DNA of 58,088 bases from Glaciecola sp. (GTDB lineage: Bacteria; Planctomycetota; UBA1135; GCA-002686595). Of this stretch, positions 55,411 to 58,088 are shown one piece after another. Below the pieces are notes generated by a model. It did no database searches. It saw nothing but the letters and a program-made list of their open reading frames with translations, and was not told the origin of the DNA. The translations under genes and the position numbers were made by a program. The number at the start of each line of letters is the position of its first letter. Positions within the stretch are counted from its first letter, which is position 1. Location of the stretch: assembly GCA_047611645.1 (NCBI GenBank), contig JBLFXY010000001.1, forward strand, positions 1 to 58,088. Reading direction: 5' to 3'.

Positions 55411-58059
55411 CTAGCTCTTCAGCGCGCGTCCCACGATCTCGGAGGTGTTTTTCGAGAGTCCCGGGGTGGCTGCGATACGCTCCAGGTGGGCAAACACCAT
55501 GGCCTGACGCGCCACGTCATAGCGGCGATAGTTGTTGAAGGCCCGAACAAGCCCGGACGCGATCTGGGGATTGATCTTGTCCAGCTCCAGCACCGCGTCG
55601 GCGATCAGCGCGTAGCCGGCTCCATCGGCCTGGTGGAAGCCCGTGGGGTTGGCGTTGGCGAAGGCACCCAGGACCGAGCGGACCCGGTTGGGGTTCTTGA
55701 TTGAGAAATCCTTGTGGGCCATGAGCCCCTTCACGCGCTCCACGGCGCCCGGCAGCCTGTTGATCGCCTGCAGCATGAACCACTTGTCCATGACCAGGGG
55801 ATCCTGGTTCCAACGCTCGTAGAACGCGGCCAGGGCGGCTTCGTGGGCTGCCCCACCGACCATACCCAGGCTCGCCAAGGCGCCCTGCATGTCTGTCATA
55901 TTGTCCGCATTGTCGAATTGGGCTTTCGCAGTGGCCAAATGGGCCGCGTTTCCAGAGCGCGTAAGGTACGCCAGGGCCGAATTGTGCTCACTTCGGCGTT
56001 GAATGCTCGCTTGATCGGCCTTGTAGGTGCCCGAGGGCATGCCCGCGTCGAAAAGTGCTTTGAATTGCGGCTCCATGGCCTCCGCGAGCTTGCGGAAGAC
56101 GAAGCTGCGTGCCTCAAACAAGGCATCGGGGTCTACGACCTGCATGCGTTGCTCGAGAATGCCCTCACCGGGAAGGGAGAGCATCATGCCGCGCATGGCG
56201 CCGTCCATTTCCTTGTCGGCCAGCACGCCCGCCATGGCGTCTTTCAGTTCCTCGGGCAGCAGCATGGACTTGCCTTCCGCAGCGCGGCTGGCCAGCTCCA
56301 GAATCGTGTCGCCGAACAGCTCTTGGGCCGCATCCCAGCGGTTAAAGCTGTCCTTGTCGTGGGCCATCAGGAAAGAGAGCTCCTGGGCGGTCCGTGAAAT
56401 GCGCAAGTCCACCGGAGCGGAGAATCCGCGCAGCAAGGAAGGACAAGGCTCGTTCGTCAATCCCACAAACACGAAGGTTTGCTGGAAGTCGGTGACCTCG
56501 AGAACGCGCTCTGTACCCGCTCCGGAGGCATCCTCGCCGTCCAGAACCAGGGGCATTTCGGAACCGTCCGAATCGAGCAAAGCCATGCGAACCGGAATCA
56601 GCATGGGTTGGAAGTCGTTCAACTCCTGACCGCGCGGGCAGTGCTGGCGGAAGGTCAACGCAAAGCGGCCTTTTTCCGCATCCCAGGAGCGCTCGACCTC
56701 AAGAAGCGGGGTTCCCGCTTGAACGTACCAGCGTTCGAATTGGTCCAGGTTCTTGCCCGAAGCATCCGCCATCGCAGCGCGGAAGTCGTCGCAGGTGACC
56801 GCGGAGCCATCGTGGCGCTCGAAGTACAGGTCCATTCCTTTACGGAAGTTCTTTGCGCCGATCAGCGTGTGCACCATGCGGATGACCTCGGCGCCCTTCG
56901 AGTACACCGTAGAGGTGTAGAAGTTGTCCATTTCAATGTAGGACTCGGGGCGGATCGGGTGGGCCATGGGGCCGGCGTCCTCGCGGAACTGCGCCGTGCG
57001 CAAACCGGCCACATCACCGATGCGCTTGGTGGCGCGAGAGGTCATGTCCGAGGTGAATTCCTGATCGCGGAACACGGTCAAACCTTCCTTCAGGGTCAGC
57101 TGGAACCAATCCTTGCAGGTCACCCGGTTGCCGGTCCAGTTGTGGAAATACTCATGAGCAATAACCGCCTCAACACCCTCAAAATCGTCATCCGTAGCCG
57201 TTTCAGGCCGCGCCAGAACGTACTTTGAGTTGAAGACGTTGAGGCCCTTGTTCTCCATGGCGCCCATATTGAAGTCGCCGACCGCAACGATCATGTAGAT
57301 GTCCAGGTCGTACTCGAGGCCGAAGACTTCCTCGTCCCACTTCATCGACTTCTGCAAGGAAACGAGAGCGTGATCGCAGGCTTCGATGTTCTGGGGCTCC
57401 ACCCAAATCTCCAAGTCCACCTTGCGGCCGGACATGGTGGTGAAATCACCCGCGTGGCAGCTCAATTTGCCCGCCACAAGGGCGAACAGGTAACAAGGCT
57501 TGCGGAAGGGATCCTCCCAACGAACCTGACGGCGTCCATCGCCCAAGTCCTTGTCCGCAACCTTGTTTCCATTGGAAAGCAAGACCGGATAGAGGCTGTT
57601 GTCCGCTGTGATCGTGGTAGAAAAAATCGCCATCACGTCAGGCCGATCCAAGTACCAAGTGATACGGCGGAAACCCTCGGCCTCACACTGGGTGCAGAAG
57701 TTACCGCTCGACTTGTACAAGCCATTCAACTTCGTGTTCGTTTCCGGATGATTGCGCACGGAAATTTCGAGCACAAACTCCCCGGGCAAACCTTCAATGG
57801 TGAGCTTCTCTTCGCCAACCAAAACCTGCGCCGCAGGCCACTCCTGACCATCCACACAAACCTTAAGCGTCTCGAGCTCCTCGCCGTCCAAAACCAGCGG
57901 GCGACCATGCTCCCCATTGCGCTTGACGGACATTTTAGAGTCCACCAGGGTGCCATCCTCGCCCAAATTAAAGACCAAATCCACCGTATCAATGGTGTAG
58001 TCGGGGGCCTGGTAATCTTTGCGGTACTTCGTCTCGGGTGCTATTTCGGTGCTTGTCAT
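55411..58059 (-). CDS. pepN: aminopeptidase N (M1 family)
   Basis: GAMENKGLN and HEYFHNWTGNRVT...WFQLTLKEGLT, the HExxH-18-E zinc site. At 882 codons it is the typical PepN length. Confidence 0.95.
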   Translation of the reverse strand: MTSTEIAPETKYRKDYQAPDYTIDTVDLVFNLGEDGTLVDSKMSVKRNGEHGRPLVLDGEELETLKVCVDGQEWPAAQVLVGEEKLTIEGLPGEFVLEISVRNHPETNTKLNGLYKSSGNFCTQCEAEGFRRITWYLDRPDVMAIFSTTITADNSLYPVLLSNGNKVADKDLGDGRRQVRWEDPFRKPCYLFALVAGKLSCHAGDFTTMSGRKVDLEIWVEPQNIEACDHALVSLQKSMKWDEEVFGLEYDLDIYMIVAVGDFNMGAMENKGLNVFNSKYVLARPETATDDDFEGVEAVIAHEYFHNWTGNRVTCKDWFQLTLKEGLTVFRDQEFTSDMTSRATKRIGDVAGLRTAQFREDAGPMAHPIRPESYIEMDNFYTSTVYSKGAEVIRMVHTLIGAKNFRKGMDLYFERHDGSAVTCDDFRAAMADASGKNLDQFERWYVQAGTPLLEVERSWDAEKGRFALTFRQHCPRGQELNDFQPMLIPVRMALLDSDGSEMPLVLDGEDASGAGTERVLEVTDFQQTFVFVGLTNEPCPSLLRGFSAPVDLRISRTAQELSFLMAHDKDSFNRWDAAQELFGDTILELASRAAEGKSMLLPEELKDAMAGVLADKEMDGAMRGMMLSLPGEGILEQRMQVVDPDALFEARSFVFRKLAEAMEPQFKALFDAGMPSGTYKADQASIQRRSEHNSALAYLTRSGNAAHLATAKAQFDNADNMTDMQGALASLGMVGGAAHEAALAAFYERWNQDPLVMDKWFMLQAINRLPGAVERVKGLMAHKDFSIKNPNRVRSVLGAFANANPTGFHQADGAGYALIADAVLELDKINPQIASGLVRAFNNYRRYDVARQAMVFAHLERIAATPGLSKNTSEIVGRALKS

Positions 58060-58088
58060 ATCTGGAGTCCTTGGTGCTAGGGGCCTCA

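Noticed and set aside
55714-58080. Three long plus-strand ORFs (55714..56397, 56479..57228, 57370..58080)
   Set aside because: All are antisense to pepN (GAMEN and HEYFH motifs on the minus strand). They are GC-driven open frames.

Overview
GC-rich chromosomal segment from a diderm bacterium: it carries LptF/G, a TolC-like gene, beta-barrel OMP genes and lipoprotein signals. The CRTAC1/FG-GAP and prenyltransferase-repeat proteins suggest a PVC-like or marine lineage, but that is only an impression. Most of the window is housekeeping and envelope genes: hemH, purF, pepN, a split nadE, mltA, a TolC/MacA/MacB-like efflux operon, an ECF sigma/anti-sigma/RseB-like operon, arsR-arsM, OPT and Nramp transporters, and tRNA-Arg(CCG). 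No rRNA or CRISPR array is present.

The points most worth a second look are:
1. A thioredoxin-fold ORF (30212-30784, minus strand) has both cysteines of its CxxC redox motif replaced by in-frame TGA codons, giving W-TGA-A-G-TGA-V. A SECIS-like hairpin follows immediately, making it a candidate UxxU (SelL-like, diselenide) selenoprotein.
2. A 949-codon CRTAC1/ASPIC-UnbV protein with a C-terminal TlpA-like domain (9079-11928, minus strand) is interrupted by one in-frame TGA followed by a hairpin. It is either a second Sec candidate or a nonsense mutation.
3. Positions 4044-7107 are an insertion-sequence graveyard: an IS3 remnant, a decayed IS66 with perfect 17-bp inverted repeats, and an internally deleted IS5-like gene.
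4. Two short repeat families bracket hemH: a 53-nt identical palindromic element present twice, and a roughly 48-nt element found downstream of two genes, one copy with a 13-bp x3 tandem repeat.
5. hemH carries an N-terminal four-helix membrane extension.
6. Several frameshifts fall in homopolymer runs, which could be assembly error or real decay.

All calls come from reading the translations and the sequence by eye. No database searches were run.
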